Virus record (IMG/VR): IMGVR_UViG_3300037851_000941
Coordinates: 1-64,000 of that record
DNA from: a virus
Lineage: Duplodnaviria > Caudoviricetes
DNA length: 64,000 bases
Strand: one strand, 5' to 3'
In this document: positions 20,070 to 29,652 of the stretch, one piece after another
Position numbering within the stretch: position 1 is the stretch's first letter
Layout of the letters: every line of letters starts with the position of its first letter
Translations under genes and position numbers: made by a program
Notes under the pieces: generated by a model
The model's database searches: none
What the model was told of the DNA's origin: nothing
Seen by the model: the letters and a program-made list of their open reading frames with translations, nothing else

Positions 20070-20345
20070 CTACTCCAACGAGGACGGCTGACCCTTCAGC
20101 GCCCTGGTCTCCCGCCGCCGCTGCTCGACGAGCCACTCCACGTGGGACTCGATCTCCCCGAGGCTCATCTCCAGCACGTCGGCGCGGGTGAAGCAGTAGC
20201 CCGACCCGCCGTGCTGGTGATAGCAGAGGTTGCGGATCATCTGATGCACGTCCCGCTCGTCCACGAACGGGAAGAGGCCGGCTACCGAGCTGCGCCGGAC
20301 CTCCGGCTCCGAGATCGCGGCAGGAAGAATCCCGAGTCGAAAGGG
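20070..20345 (-). CDS. Tail assembly chaperone downstream frame (gpT-like), reached by -1 frameshift or by an independent start
   Basis: The -1 frame reads PFRLGILPAA...LCYHQHGGSGYCFTRADVLEMSLGEIESHVEWLVEQRRRE*. Confidence 0.65.
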   Translation of the reverse strand, partial: PFRLGILPAAISEPEVRRSSVAGLFPFVDERDVHQMIRNLCYHQHGGSGYCFTRADVLEMSLGEIESHVEWLVEQRRRETRALKGQPSSLE

Positions 20346-21046
20346 AGGTTCACCTCGGCGTGCTCGCGGCAGCGCGGGCAGTAGACCTCCAGGGCCGTGT
20401 CGATCCCCCCGTCGACCTCCTCGAAGCGGTCGAACATCCGGGTAAGCTCCGGGGCCGGCAGCTCCTCCAGGAAGGCCGTCACGTCCCGAGCCCGGGTCAG
20501 CTCGGCCCCGCCCCTCATCCTGACCTTGACGATGCGCGTGGCCAGCACCGAGATGAAGTCCACCTCGCGCTGAAGCATGGCGATGGCGGCCTTCTCGTCC
20601 GCGCCCACGTTGAGCCGGAACACGACCTCGGCGCCGTCGTCCCCGATCGGCATCGCGAAGGCGTTGCCCGCCCGGAACACGGCCACGCTCTCCGGCGGCA
20701 GCGGCTTGACCGGCAGGCTGTCCAGGGGCAGGTCCCACCAGAACTTCTTGCCCCGACACTGGCGGCTCTGGCACGAGACCTGGAACTCGTAGGTCGGCCC
20801 GTGCGTGGCGATGCGGATCTGGAGCAGCGCATAGAAGCGGTCACACGTGAGAACGGCCGACCATCGTGGCCGGCCGTCGAAGCCGTAGGGTCCCTGGTCC
20901 TTCGTCTCGACCCAGCAGGCGTCCAGGATCTTGTCGAACGCGGTGCCGTCGGACACCTCCTGCTGGTTGGACAGGAGCCTAAGCTCCGCGCCCTTGAGGT
21001 GCCTCACCTCGCCGGTCAGCCCCGACGGGCAAACAATGATGCTCAT
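20282..21046 (-). CDS. Tail assembly chaperone (gpG-like)
   Basis: Between tube and tape measure genes; start MSIIVCPSG with GGAGAGG RBS; two CxxC-like pairs. Confidence 0.8.
   Translation of the reverse strand: MSIIVCPSGLTGEVRHLKGAELRLLSNQQEVSDGTAFDKILDACWVETKDQGPYGFDGRPRWSAVLTCDRFYALLQIRIATHGPTYEFQVSCQSRQCRGKKFWWDLPLDSLPVKPLPPESVAVFRAGNAFAMPIGDDGAEVVFRLNVGADEKAAIAMLQREVDFISVLATRIVKVRMRGGAELTRARDVTAFLEELPAPELTRMFDRFEEVDGGIDTALEVYCPRCREHAEVNLPFDSGFFLPRSRSRRSGAAR
20339..20345 (-). other. Slippery heptamer C CCT TTC (X XXY YYZ) for programmed -1 frameshift
   Basis: In-frame heptamer near the end of the chaperone gene; the -1 frame is open to 20070. Confidence 0.65.
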
Positions 21047-21118
21047 CCTCTCCGTTCTCCCTTCCGTGGCTGCCCGGGGGTCGTGCCCCGGGCCGTCCAA
21101 GGAAGGGAGCCTAGCTCA

Positions 21119-21580
21119 TCAGGCCAGGTCGAAGAAGTCCTGCACCAGCACCACCTGGCGCATGACGTTCTCGTCGGCGGTGTTGTCCCACTGGCCGGCC
21201 ACGAACTTCTTGACCCAACAGGACTGCACGCGCCAGCGCATCAGCTCGGAGTTGTCGCGGTCGAGCTGCACGATGTCCGCGATGCGCCGGTAGAACGGGT
21301 CCACCAGGCCGCCGTTGGCCGAGGCGTCGGCGCACTCCTTGAACCAGCTCCACAGCTCGAGGTCCTGCGTGGCGCCCTGCGAGAGCGTGATGTCGGGGAA
21401 CGAGAGCCGGCCGGGGTCCTTCGCCAGAGCGATGATGCCCCCGCCCTCCCACTGCTCCACGGTGGCCAGCTCCCCGGACAGCTCGGAGCAGTCCTGGAAG
21501 CCGGCGTAGCCGAGCCCATCGATCTCGACCACGAACTTGAACTTCTTGTGGAACGTGCGCGGTGTCCCGAAAACAGGCAT
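21119..21580 (-). CDS. Tail tube protein (T4 gp19-like)
   Basis: FKFVVEIDG...FQDCSELSGE...DPGRLSFPDITLSQG...WRVQSCWVKKFVAGQWDNTADEN. Confidence 0.93.
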   Translation of the reverse strand: MPVFGTPRTFHKKFKFVVEIDGLGYAGFQDCSELSGELATVEQWEGGGIIALAKDPGRLSFPDITLSQGATQDLELWSWFKECADASANGGLVDPFYRRIADIVQLDRDNSELMRWRVQSCWVKKFVAGQWDNTADENVMRQVVLVQDFFDLA

Positions 21581-21599
21581 GCGTCAATCTCCTTCTTCC

Positions 21600-23852
21600 T
21601 CAGAGCCCGGCAGACGCCAGCTCCTCCTCGAGCGCCCTGGTGTCCTGGCTGACCTTGATGATGATCCACTCGGTCGGCTTGTTGGTGGCGAGGCCGATTG
21701 CGACGTTCATGCGCTGCGCGAACACCTCGCTGGCCGGGTTGATGCCCGGCCCGACGTCGGAGTAGAAGGAGTCGCTCGGCGTGTCCCCACGGAAGGCGCC
21801 CTTGCGCCACTGCTGGAGCAGGAAGAGGTCGATGGACCGCTTCACGCTGGCCCGCAGCGAGGTCGTCTGGTTGGCGTGCCGGGCGTACTCGATCCCGCTG
21901 CGCACCGAGAACTCGATGTGGATGACCCCGCGCCGCTCGCCGATGGAAGGGAAGTTGCCGTCCTGCTTCAGCGTCTTCGTGCCGTCCAGGTAGCCCGGGG
22001 ACACGATGGGGTTGATGCACTCGGGATACAGGAGATCCCGGACGGCCTCGTCGTTCACCTCGTCGGTCTCGAGGCCCGCGAGGCCCGCCAGGCGCATGCC
22101 CGAGCCGAAGCCGGCCGGCTGGTCGTAGATGCCCCCGTCTCGCGCCGCCGCGATCTTGCCGTAGAAGCCCGCGATGTGCCCCGAGGGCGGGCACACGATG
22201 GTCTCGTCGTTGCCGTAGACCGTCGAGTCGGGGTTGAGCACCTTCAGGTGCGGCCAGTAGGTGGCCCCGTACTCCGACAGCCCCTTCAGCGCGGCGGTCG
22301 TGAGCACGTAGGTCTTGGCCTGGTCCTTGGTGTAGCCCGAAGGCAGGTCGATGATGGCGAAGCAGCCCCCGGCGCGCTCATTCTCGCAGTAGGAGATCAT
22401 GGCCGAGGCCACGGCCGGCGTCGGCTGCTCGGGCACGCAGAGCAGGCGCACGTCCGACTTCGTGTTGAAGCTCTGCAGGCCCGTCTTGCTGACGGACGAG
22501 CCAATGAAGTCAGTGTCGGCCAGCGCGGTCAGGCCATCGTCCCCGCTGGTCATGGGACCGTACGGGTCGGGGGCACCGCCGACCAGCGGGCTGTTGGCCG
22601 GACGCAGACCGAGCGCCAGGTCGGTCGCCACCACGTAGTCGGAGCCCGTGTCGGCGTGGTTGATGATCGTGGCGAAGTAGCGATCTGCCGTGGAGAGCAT
22701 CGACAGGTTGGGGAACAGCTCGACCGTCACGCCCTTGAAGACCACGCCGAGGTTGAAGTCGTCCGTGACCCCGTTCGTGGCGTTGGAGACCACGAACTCC
22801 ACCTCGTTGCCATAAGCGCCGTAGGACTTGCCGTCGAAGCGGACGGTGGGCGCCGCCGCGCCGCTGCCGCCGGAGTGGACCGCGTTGTCGAGCCCGATCT
22901 CGTCGTCGGCCGTGCTGATAGCCTCCACCTGGATGCTCGAGAGCACCCCGGTCGTGTTCGAGGTGATGCGCGCCGACCCGCCGACATCGGTGACGGTGCA
23001 GCCGGTCACAGCGGCCTCGACCACGCTCTTGACCTCGGCGACCGCCACCGCGTCGATGTTGGCCACGTTGCCCGTGCCCGCGATCAGGCCGGTGACGAAG
23101 CCCAGGCGGTTGACGCCGCCGCTGTTCGCCGTGCCGCCGGTCACGTTGATGGCAGAGCCGGTGCCCCGCGTGTCCGAGGTGATGATGGGGGCGCCGCCTG
23201 CCACGGTGGCGTGGGCGCCGACGATCTTGGCGTTGATGACCGCCGCCACCTCCAGCGCCGTGGCGGCCACGATGCTCACGAACTCGGCCGTCAGGAAGGT
23301 GATCGTCTGGGTCGGCCCGCCGTCCACCTGGACCAGCAAGGTGAGCCCGTCCGCCAGGTCGTAGGTCTCGACGTTGCCGGCCGTTCTGCTGGCGGCCGTC
23401 GCGGCGAAGGTGGCCGCTGCGGCACCTCCCCCGTCCACCTTCACGCTCAGCGTGTCGCCGGGCTCCAGGTCGAACGGGGCAGTTGCCGTGCCCTGCACGT
23501 AGCCCGCCGTCGGCGCGGTCGCGGCGCTGCTGAGCTGGAGCGTGGCCTTGGCCGCCGTCGCCAGCGTGCCCAGGTCCAGGTTCGAGTAGTGCGCGGTGCG
23601 GGTGAACCAGAGGGCCTGCCCCCCGTTCTGGAAGAAGCCGCGAACGGCGCTCGCCGAGATGCCCGCCGCCACGTCGCCGCCGAACTCCTTGAACCACTCC
23701 GCGAAGGAGGTGGCGTACTTCGCCACGCCGATGGCGCCGCGCTCGGCGATGCCGACCATGGCGGCGATGCTGAGGGGGAGCCCGACGATCTGACGGATCT
23801 TGGGCGTCTCCTCCTGAATGACGATCTTGCTAGCCAGTAACTCGCGACCCAT
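21600..23852 (-). CDS. Contractile tail sheath protein (750 aa, with inserted domains)
   Basis: IAAMVGIAERGAIG...VRGFFQNGGQALWFTR; PPSGHIAGFY; INPI; GERRGVIHIEFSV; IGLATNKPTEWIII. Confidence 0.95.
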   Translation of the reverse strand: MGRELLASKIVIQEETPKIRQIVGLPLSIAAMVGIAERGAIGVAKYATSFAEWFKEFGGDVAAGISASAVRGFFQNGGQALWFTRTAHYSNLDLGTLATAAKATLQLSSAATAPTAGYVQGTATAPFDLEPGDTLSVKVDGGGAAAATFAATAASRTAGNVETYDLADGLTLLVQVDGGPTQTITFLTAEFVSIVAATALEVAAVINAKIVGAHATVAGGAPIITSDTRGTGSAINVTGGTANSGGVNRLGFVTGLIAGTGNVANIDAVAVAEVKSVVEAAVTGCTVTDVGGSARITSNTTGVLSSIQVEAISTADDEIGLDNAVHSGGSGAAAPTVRFDGKSYGAYGNEVEFVVSNATNGVTDDFNLGVVFKGVTVELFPNLSMLSTADRYFATIINHADTGSDYVVATDLALGLRPANSPLVGGAPDPYGPMTSGDDGLTALADTDFIGSSVSKTGLQSFNTKSDVRLLCVPEQPTPAVASAMISYCENERAGGCFAIIDLPSGYTKDQAKTYVLTTAALKGLSEYGATYWPHLKVLNPDSTVYGNDETIVCPPSGHIAGFYGKIAAARDGGIYDQPAGFGSGMRLAGLAGLETDEVNDEAVRDLLYPECINPIVSPGYLDGTKTLKQDGNFPSIGERRGVIHIEFSVRSGIEYARHANQTTSLRASVKRSIDLFLLQQWRKGAFRGDTPSDSFYSDVGPGINPASEVFAQRMNVAIGLATNKPTEWIIIKVSQDTRALEEELASAGL

Positions 23853-23860
23853 GGTTCACC

Positions 23861-24232
23861 TCACCCTTCGTCCTTGCCACCAGAGAGCTTCCCACCCCGC
23901 GCATGACGCGGCGGCAGCACCGTCGATGGCGCGGTGACGCTCGCGGCCCGGGTGGGTACCGACTGCACGGAGAGCTTCCCGGAGCGCACGAAGGCGGCGA
24001 CCGCCTCCACCTGCAGCACCTCGTCGGGCAGGTCGCAGGTGCTCGTCCTCGGCGGCACCCGCAGCGCCCCGGGGTGGACGCGCCGCACGGTGCGCGGCGC
24101 CACGGTCCCGTTCCTGCGCTTGTCGTAGACCTGGATGGCTCGCTGCTCGAAGCCCCAAGCCCCGCGATGGAAGGTGGGGTGGTCGAGCAGAACGATCACG
24201 GCCTGGTTCGTCTCATTGGTCAGCTTTACCAT
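23861..24232 (-). CDS. Hypothetical neck/tail-region protein
   Basis: 123 aa ORF with GGAGGAG RBS. Confidence 0.6.
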   Translation of the reverse strand: MVKLTNETNQAVIVLLDHPTFHRGAWGFEQRAIQVYDKRRNGTVAPRTVRRVHPGALRVPPRTSTCDLPDEVLQVEAVAAFVRSGKLSVQSVPTRAASVTAPSTVLPPRHARGGKLSGGKDEG

Positions 24233-24250
24233 CGTCTCCTCCGGGTCCGG

Positions 24251-25477
24251 TCAATCGATCCCCAGCGGGGTCAACATGATCTCCTCGACCTCGGCCGAGC
24301 GGTCGATGACGCCCTCGCCAACGATGCCCGGCAGATCTTCCACATCGAACCCACGGATGACGAACGTACCAGAGAAGGAGCGCAGGTTCGAGTCACTCGC
24401 GCCCCCGGCCACCTTCGGCACCCCGCCGGATGCCCAGTCCATCTCATAGGCGACCTGGCGCCCGCCGGGGTCGGCCGGGTCGGCTGCCATCCGAAGGTAC
24501 TTGTTCCGGTGGAAGAACTTGACCACCAGGGCCAGCAGGGTCAGCAGCTCGGCCTTTCGCTCGGACATCCCGACCAGGGAGAACGTCAGGTCGACCGTGA
24601 ACGGGGCGCGATGGGCCAGGTGCTCCAGGGCCTCCCCGTCCATCGATGGCTCCGTCATCTGCTCGCACGTCGCATAGACCCGGTTCTCGTCCAGCTCGGG
24701 GCCGACGACGGCGATGCCGGGCAGCTCGGCCAGCTCCACTGCCTGCAGGTTCAGCGGCTCGGCGTCGAAGTCGGTGTGCGTCGAGGTCGAGACGTTGGCG
24801 ATGATGCCCAGGCGCATCTGCCGCACCAGCTCGCGCACCAGGCGCTGGAGGTCGTCCTGCTCCGCGAGCTGCACGCGCCGGTAGCGGAGCGCCAGCGGGG
24901 CCGTGACCGCCTCGCCCGGGATGGGCACGCCGTTGTCGTCCAGGTTCTCGACGGTGAGGTCGGCCTTGCCCTCGCCGTAGGTGCGGCACGTCACCGTGCA
25001 GGCGACCGCCGCCTCGTCGGTCAGTGCCTCGTGCGCATCGAGCACCAGCGAGAGGGCCGAGACCGAGCCCACCGAGTAGCTCCGGTTGGCGCGGTCGCTG
25101 TCGTTCGAGGCCGAGCCGGCCACGGTCACGCGCGACCCGGCCACGAACCCGTCGGTCACGAACGAGCCCGAGGCCCGTCCGATGGTGCGTGTGGCGGCGG
25201 TGAAGCTGTGCTGCGCCGCGCTCGACCTGACCAGCACCGGGGGCACGGGGGACGGCGGCAGGCGGAAGAGGAGCCGGTTGGACCTGGGCACCAGCACGTG
25301 CTCGGACACCGCGTCGCCGACCGTCACCCGTACCGTGGGGCCGGGCGTGGGCACCGGCCCCGAGATGACGTCGGGGGTCTCGCGCACGCGGAAGCCGTCC
25401 CCGTAGACTGTCACGAGGTAGCCGCCCGAGGTGGAGACCTCCGACGGCGAGACGGTGAAGATCGATGGGGCGGTCAT
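24251..25477 (-). CDS. Tail terminator/completion-like protein with N-terminal IPT/TIG domain
   Basis: PSIFTVSPSEVSTSGGYLVTVYGDGF (IPT-like); C-terminal FTVDLTFSLVG; upstream of the sheath gene. Confidence 0.65.
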   Translation of the reverse strand: MTAPSIFTVSPSEVSTSGGYLVTVYGDGFRVRETPDVISGPVPTPGPTVRVTVGDAVSEHVLVPRSNRLLFRLPPSPVPPVLVRSSAAQHSFTAATRTIGRASGSFVTDGFVAGSRVTVAGSASNDSDRANRSYSVGSVSALSLVLDAHEALTDEAAVACTVTCRTYGEGKADLTVENLDDNGVPIPGEAVTAPLALRYRRVQLAEQDDLQRLVRELVRQMRLGIIANVSTSTHTDFDAEPLNLQAVELAELPGIAVVGPELDENRVYATCEQMTEPSMDGEALEHLAHRAPFTVDLTFSLVGMSERKAELLTLLALVVKFFHRNKYLRMAADPADPGGRQVAYEMDWASGGVPKVAGGASDSNLRSFSGTFVIRGFDVEDLPGIVGEGVIDRSAEVEEIMLTPLGID

Positions 25478-25502
25478 GGCCCGCCGATGATAGCATCCCG
25501 GC

Positions 25503-26117
25503 TCAGCGACCCAGCAGCCCCATGGCCGCGTCGACGACGCGCTCCATGATGCGCTCCTGCACCTCCCGCCTGGTGCGGTAGTGCTGGGCGAACACCGGAC
25601 GCAGGAACGGCCGGGCCGGGATCACGATGTAGCGCGTGCTCGGCTTCAGCGAGACGTGGAACACGGCGCGAAAGTAGGCGCGCATCTTGGGCGTGACGGC
25701 GATCTTCTTGCCGTACTCATGGATCTCGCCGAGGTTGGCCAGGCGCTTGCCGTCGCGGGAGCGCGCCGACCGCTTGAGGCCGACGAAGCAGGCCATCGAC
25801 GGGCCGTTGGGCTCGACCACCACGCTCTTGATCAGCTCGCCAGACCGAATGAGTATCTTGGAGCCACGGAACCGCTGCAGACGACGAGCCAGGAGCGTCA
25901 GCCCGGAGTGCGGCTTGAACGCCTGGCCGCCCGGGGCCTGGCTCTTGATTCCCTCGACGATCTGGCGCCGCGCCCAGGCCGCCTCCTGGTAGGTGGCGCG
26001 CATGATGGCGGCCCGGAGCCTGCGCTCGAAGGCGGTGGGCTGCGTGGCATCCAGGGCGCGCTTCCAGTCCCCGACCGGGCGCAGGTTCAAGGACAGCTTC
26101 GGCGCGATGCGGGCCAT
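25503..26117 (-). CDS. Tail completion / virion morphogenesis protein
   Basis: KILIRSGEL...LANLGEIHEYG...IPARPFLRP. Confidence 0.8.
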   Translation of the reverse strand: MARIAPKLSLNLRPVGDWKRALDATQPTAFERRLRAAIMRATYQEAAWARRQIVEGIKSQAPGGQAFKPHSGLTLLARRLQRFRGSKILIRSGELIKSVVVEPNGPSMACFVGLKRSARSRDGKRLANLGEIHEYGKKIAVTPKMRAYFRAVFHVSLKPSTRYIVIPARPFLRPVFAQHYRTRREVQERIMERVVDAAMGLLGR

Positions 26118-26126
26118 TGGTGTGCC

Positions 26127-26651
26127 CTACGCCCGCGTGGACAGGTCCCGGCTGGCGAAGGTCATCAGGAGCAGGTTGCGCCGGCGGTCGAGCCAGCCCC
26201 AGGCCGGCCTCACCGAGGTCGCGTACATGCCCGGCGGGTCGCGGAAGGTCTCCACCAGGGCGCCGGAGCGCAGGTCGCGCAGCTCGGCCAGCCTGTCGCC
26301 GATCTTCAGGGCCGGCGTGCCGTCGGCCTGCACCAGCCCCTTCGTTTCCAGCTCCGAGTAGTGGAGCACCAGCTCCAGGGTCGAGGAGGGCGCGGCGCCG
26401 GTCAGGCCGGCCTGCAGGCGCTCCACGTCGGCCGGCTCGACCTGGGCCAGCACGTCCACGAGGACCTCCTGCCGAGAGCTGGACCCGGGCTCCGAGCCCG
26501 CGCTGGCCGAGACCTCGGCGACGGTCTCCCGAAACTCGTCGTCGAGCCCGCTCTCCAGGGGTCCGGCCCCGTCCGGGTCCGCCACCGTGGCCACGGGGTC
26601 CAGCCGGGCTATCCGGGCCACGAGCGGGAAGATGAGCCGCCCCCGGGTCAC
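26127..26651 (-). CDS. Head closure / head-tail adaptor-like protein
   Basis: Probable GTG start (VTRGRLIFPL); position after the connector gene. Confidence 0.55.
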   Translation of the reverse strand: MTRGRLIFPLVARIARLDPVATVADPDGAGPLESGLDDEFRETVAEVSASAGSEPGSSSRQEVLVDVLAQVEPADVERLQAGLTGAAPSSTLELVLHYSELETKGLVQADGTPALKIGDRLAELRDLRSGALVETFRDPPGMYATSVRPAWGWLDRRRNLLLMTFASRDLSTRA

Positions 26652-26818
26652 GCCAGCCCCCGGCCCCTGGGGCATCGACGGGGGGCGCTGGCCCAGCCCA
26701 GGCTGCCCCCGACAGGCTCACCTGAGGGCCTGGGGCACCCCGACACCCCGGGGGCGTCCTGGGGGCTCTGGGGGGCGGTTACAGTGCGGTGCAGTGCGGC
26801 CATATAAATGAATGAGGG

Positions 26819-27880
26819 TCAAACGAACCCGAGGCGCATGGGGCGCCGGTGGGCCAGGAGGATGCGGTCAATCTCCGGGTCGCCCGTGAGCGGGCCGGCG
26901 CCGATGCGGCCGAGCTGGGCGGGGTTGCCGTAGGTGATCTGCTGGTCCCGGGTCCTCACCGAGGCCACGATCCCCGAGCCCGCCTCGCCGGTCTGGCTGC
27001 CCCAGCGCCCCTCGACGAAGCGCATGGAGAGGAGCGTCGCCGCGTAGCGGATGGCCGCCGGGGTCCTGCCCTGGCTCGTGCCGTCGTACTCGGTGAAGCC
27101 GAAGACGCCCTTGACCCGCACGTTCTGCTCGCCCTGCGGGAACACGCGACGCCCGTACACGTTGCGCCAGTAGACCGTCTCCGGCCTGGGCTGGGTGATG
27201 ACGATGCGCGGGTTGGCCCGGTCGTCCGGGTCCAGGAGGTTCTGCGTCAGGTGGCGGTTGTAGACGGCGAAGTCGAGCAGGTCGGCGGTCACGTCGTCGA
27301 TGCCGATCTCCTCGACGGCAATGATCGGCTGCTCCAGAAACATCTGCGCGCCGCCGGAGCCGTCCAAGTAGAACTCCAGCGCACGCGGCTCGAAGAAGCG
27401 CCCGGTGAGCCGGTCGATCTCCCTGGAGGCCAGGTCAATGGCGCGCACCAGCCTGTCGTCCGGGTAGGTGCTCGGCACGCCCTCGGCGCGCAGGTCGCTC
27501 ACGTAGCAGTAGCCGATGGTGCTGGGCGCGGCCTCGCTCAGCACCTCGAACTCCTCGGTGTACGACTGCTCCGGCGACAGCGGCAGCAGCCGGAAGAACC
27601 ACCGCACCTCGTGCGTCCCGATGGGCTCGGTGACGGGCACCTCCCACGACGCGACGTAGTGGCCGGTGCCGAGCTTCTCGCCGATGGGGCACGCGGTGGC
27701 GATGTCCACCGTCTCCCGGCCCGACAGCGGGTACACCTGCACGGGGCTCGCGCCGGTGACCCGCTCGAAGACCTGGAACTCGAGCTGCGAGACGTCGGTC
27801 AGCACGCCGTCAACCGCAACGTACAAGTCGAGCACGGGGTTGGCGCAGTCGCTCGTCTCGCCCCGGGTCAATGCGGGCAT
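26819..27880 (-). CDS. Head-tail connector protein with N-terminal Ig-like extension
   Basis: YCYVSDLRAEG...AIDLASREIDRLTGRFF...GFTE...PAAIRYAATLL. Confidence 0.75.
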   Translation of the reverse strand: MPALTRGETSDCANPVLDLYVAVDGVLTDVSQLEFQVFERVTGASPVQVYPLSGRETVDIATACPIGEKLGTGHYVASWEVPVTEPIGTHEVRWFFRLLPLSPEQSYTEEFEVLSEAAPSTIGYCYVSDLRAEGVPSTYPDDRLVRAIDLASREIDRLTGRFFEPRALEFYLDGSGGAQMFLEQPIIAVEEIGIDDVTADLLDFAVYNRHLTQNLLDPDDRANPRIVITQPRPETVYWRNVYGRRVFPQGEQNVRVKGVFGFTEYDGTSQGRTPAAIRYAATLLSMRFVEGRWGSQTGEAGSGIVASVRTRDQQITYGNPAQLGRIGAGPLTGDPEIDRILLAHRRPMRLGFV

Positions 27881-27900
27881 GACGAGGAAGGTAGCACGCC

Positions 27901-28206
27901 CTAGGCGGTGGGATCTATGCCGCTGGCCCGCACGAGCAGGTAGGCCGCCTCGGAGTCGTCGGCCTCGTACTGGACCTGCAGGGTGTCACCGACGCGGGGC
28001 GCCGCCGCCATCTGGAAGGTCGTCTCGTCCTGCTCCTCGAAGTCATCGCCCCCGACGAGGCTCCCGCCGAGCAGTCGCACACCGTTCAGGTGGACCAGCA
28101 GCGAGTCGACGACCATCGGCCCGGTGACCGTGAACGTCGCGGCGATGCCGTCCACCTGCGAGCCCAGGTCCTCGGTGACCGTGCGCTTCGGGAAGCCGTT
28201 GGTCAT
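27901..28206 (-). CDS. Small beta-rich virion protein
   Basis: DLGSQVDGIAATFT...SLLVHLNGVRL...DDFEE...FQMAAAPRVGDTLQVQY. Confidence 0.55.
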   Translation of the reverse strand: MTNGFPKRTVTEDLGSQVDGIAATFTVTGPMVVDSLLVHLNGVRLLGGSLVGGDDFEEQDETTFQMAAAPRVGDTLQVQYEADDSEAAYLLVRASGIDPTA

Positions 28207-28221
28207 GGCCGCTCAGCCGGT

Positions 28222-28770
28222 TCAGTCGGGATCGCTCAGCGCCTCTTGCAGCTCGGCCAGCACCTCGGCCTTCGTGCCGCGCGGATCGATGTCGAGGCCC
28301 TGCTCCCGCGCGTAGGTGAGCATCTGGGTGCGGCTCATCCCGGCGAGGTTGGGCATGGCCTTGGCGACCGGCTTGCCCGGGGTGGGCAGCGGGCTGGCGG
28401 GGACACCGAGCCGCTTCGGGTCCACCTCGCGGATCTTCGGCATGCCCGCAAAGGCGCTCTTGACCGGGCCTTCCTTCGGGGCCGGTGACGGCGGGGGCAG
28501 CGCGGCCCCGGGCATCGCGCGGCCCGCCATCATGTAGGCGGCGGCGATCTCGGCCCGGGAGATGTTCTCGAACTCGTCGGCGGCAACGATCTGGAAGTAC
28601 GGCACGCCGCTGCTCTGCACCTCGCCCTTCAGGCGCTCGGCCCATTCTTGGGGGACCTCGTACCAGCGCCCGCCCTCGAACGTCCGGCTGCCGATGGTGT
28701 AGCGCAGGGCATGTGCGCCCTTGCGGGGGTCATGCGGGGTCAGCCGAACGTGCAGGGTCTCCATGTCCAT
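28222..28770 (-). CDS. Hypothetical protein with C-terminal HeH/Rho-N-like helical motif
   Basis: LAGMSRTQMLTYAREQGLDIDPRGTKAEVLAEL at the C-terminus. Confidence 0.55.
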   Translation of the reverse strand: MDMETLHVRLTPHDPRKGAHALRYTIGSRTFEGGRWYEVPQEWAERLKGEVQSSGVPYFQIVAADEFENISRAEIAAAYMMAGRAMPGAALPPPSPAPKEGPVKSAFAGMPKIREVDPKRLGVPASPLPTPGKPVAKAMPNLAGMSRTQMLTYAREQGLDIDPRGTKAEVLAELQEALSDPD

Positions 28771-28823
28771 CCTCCCTCTGTCTGTCTTCGCTCTATCTCC
28801 CCGTCACTCTGCCGCAACGGGGC

Positions 28824-28879
28824 CCAGAAAACGAACTACCCGCCCAGCGCCTACACGTCAAGCACCGGGCGGGTAGCTC
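28824..28879 (-). terminator. Intrinsic terminator after the capsid/decoration genes
   Basis: CTACCCGCCC (28836-28845) pairs with GGGCGGGTAG (28867-28876); the minus strand continues TTCGTTTTCT. Confidence 0.6.
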
Positions 28880-28890
28880 CCCCGCCTAAC

Positions 28891-29277
28891 TCAGCCCTTG
28901 AGAGTCCTCACGGAGGCCGGCGCCGGCGACAGGAGCACCGCCGCCGCCGTCACCGCATCGGCCGCATTGAAGGTCAAGGTGGCGACACCGGCCGCGAAGG
29001 TGACGCGCACGTACCCGGCAGCCGGGGCCGCCGAGTACTGGATCTGCATGACGCCGGTGGCGGCGCCAGCAGTGGCCTCGACGGCCACGGGCACCCCGGC
29101 CCGCGCCATCGTGACCGTGTGGGAGGCGACCACGACGGTCGTCCAGGAGGACAGGCCGCCGGCCAGGTCGCCGAGGTCGTCCGCCACGTCCCGGAGGGCG
29201 TCGGCGAGCGATGGGGAGCCGTGGCCTGGAACCAGGTGCCGGCCGCCCTTGCCAAAGTCAGTGGTGATCGAGGACAT
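28891..29277 (-). CDS. Putative head decoration protein
   Basis: 128 aa Ala/Val/Thr-rich ORF downstream of the capsid gene. Confidence 0.5.
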   Translation of the reverse strand: MSSITTDFGKGGRHLVPGHGSPSLADALRDVADDLGDLAGGLSSWTTVVVASHTVTMARAGVPVAVEATAGAATGVMQIQYSAAPAAGYVRVTFAAGVATLTFNAADAVTAAAVLLSPAPASVRTLKG

Positions 29278-29297
29278 GGCTCGTCAGGTCTCCCAGC

Positions 29298-29621
29298 CTA
29301 CTGGAGGACGATGCCCTCGATGATGAGGTTCGTGTGACCGGACAGGTTCGTTGCTGCCCCCGTCTCGGCCCCCGGCGCGCCGGAGGTGTTGACGTAAGAG
29401 ATGACCTTGCCGGCCGAGGTGACCTTGAACCAGCGCAGGGCCGCGCCGTCGTAGTGCGGCACGGTGGGCGAGGACACGACCGTCCCGCCGCCGAGCTGCG
29501 ACGTGATGTCGTAGCCCCCGGTCGGGTACGAGGCGTCTAAGGACACGTTGATCTTCGCGTGGCGCACGGGCGCGGAGGGCTGCCCGGTGCTGAGCGCGGC
29601 GCTGTTGATGGTGATGGCCAT
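29298..29621 (-). CDS. Putative head decoration/cement protein
   Basis: 107 aa (LDASYPTGGYD...) directly after the capsid gene. Confidence 0.55.
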   Translation of the reverse strand: MAITINSAALSTGQPSAPVRHAKINVSLDASYPTGGYDITSQLGGGTVVSSPTVPHYDGAALRWFKVTSAGKVISYVNTSGAPGAETGAATNLSGHTNLIIEGIVLQ

Positions 29622-29652
29622 TATTATGTCTCCTTCGTTTGCTGGCCCGAGG

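Noticed and set aside
1303-26117. Stand-alone contractile injection system or tailocin
   Set aside because: Capsid, portal, terminase and replication genes are contiguous with the tail genes, so this is a phage.
28846-28866. TTGACG -35 box with 17-nt spacer inside the hairpin loop
   Set aside because: The matching -10 (TAGTTC) is poor, and the stem plus T-tract is better explained as a terminator.
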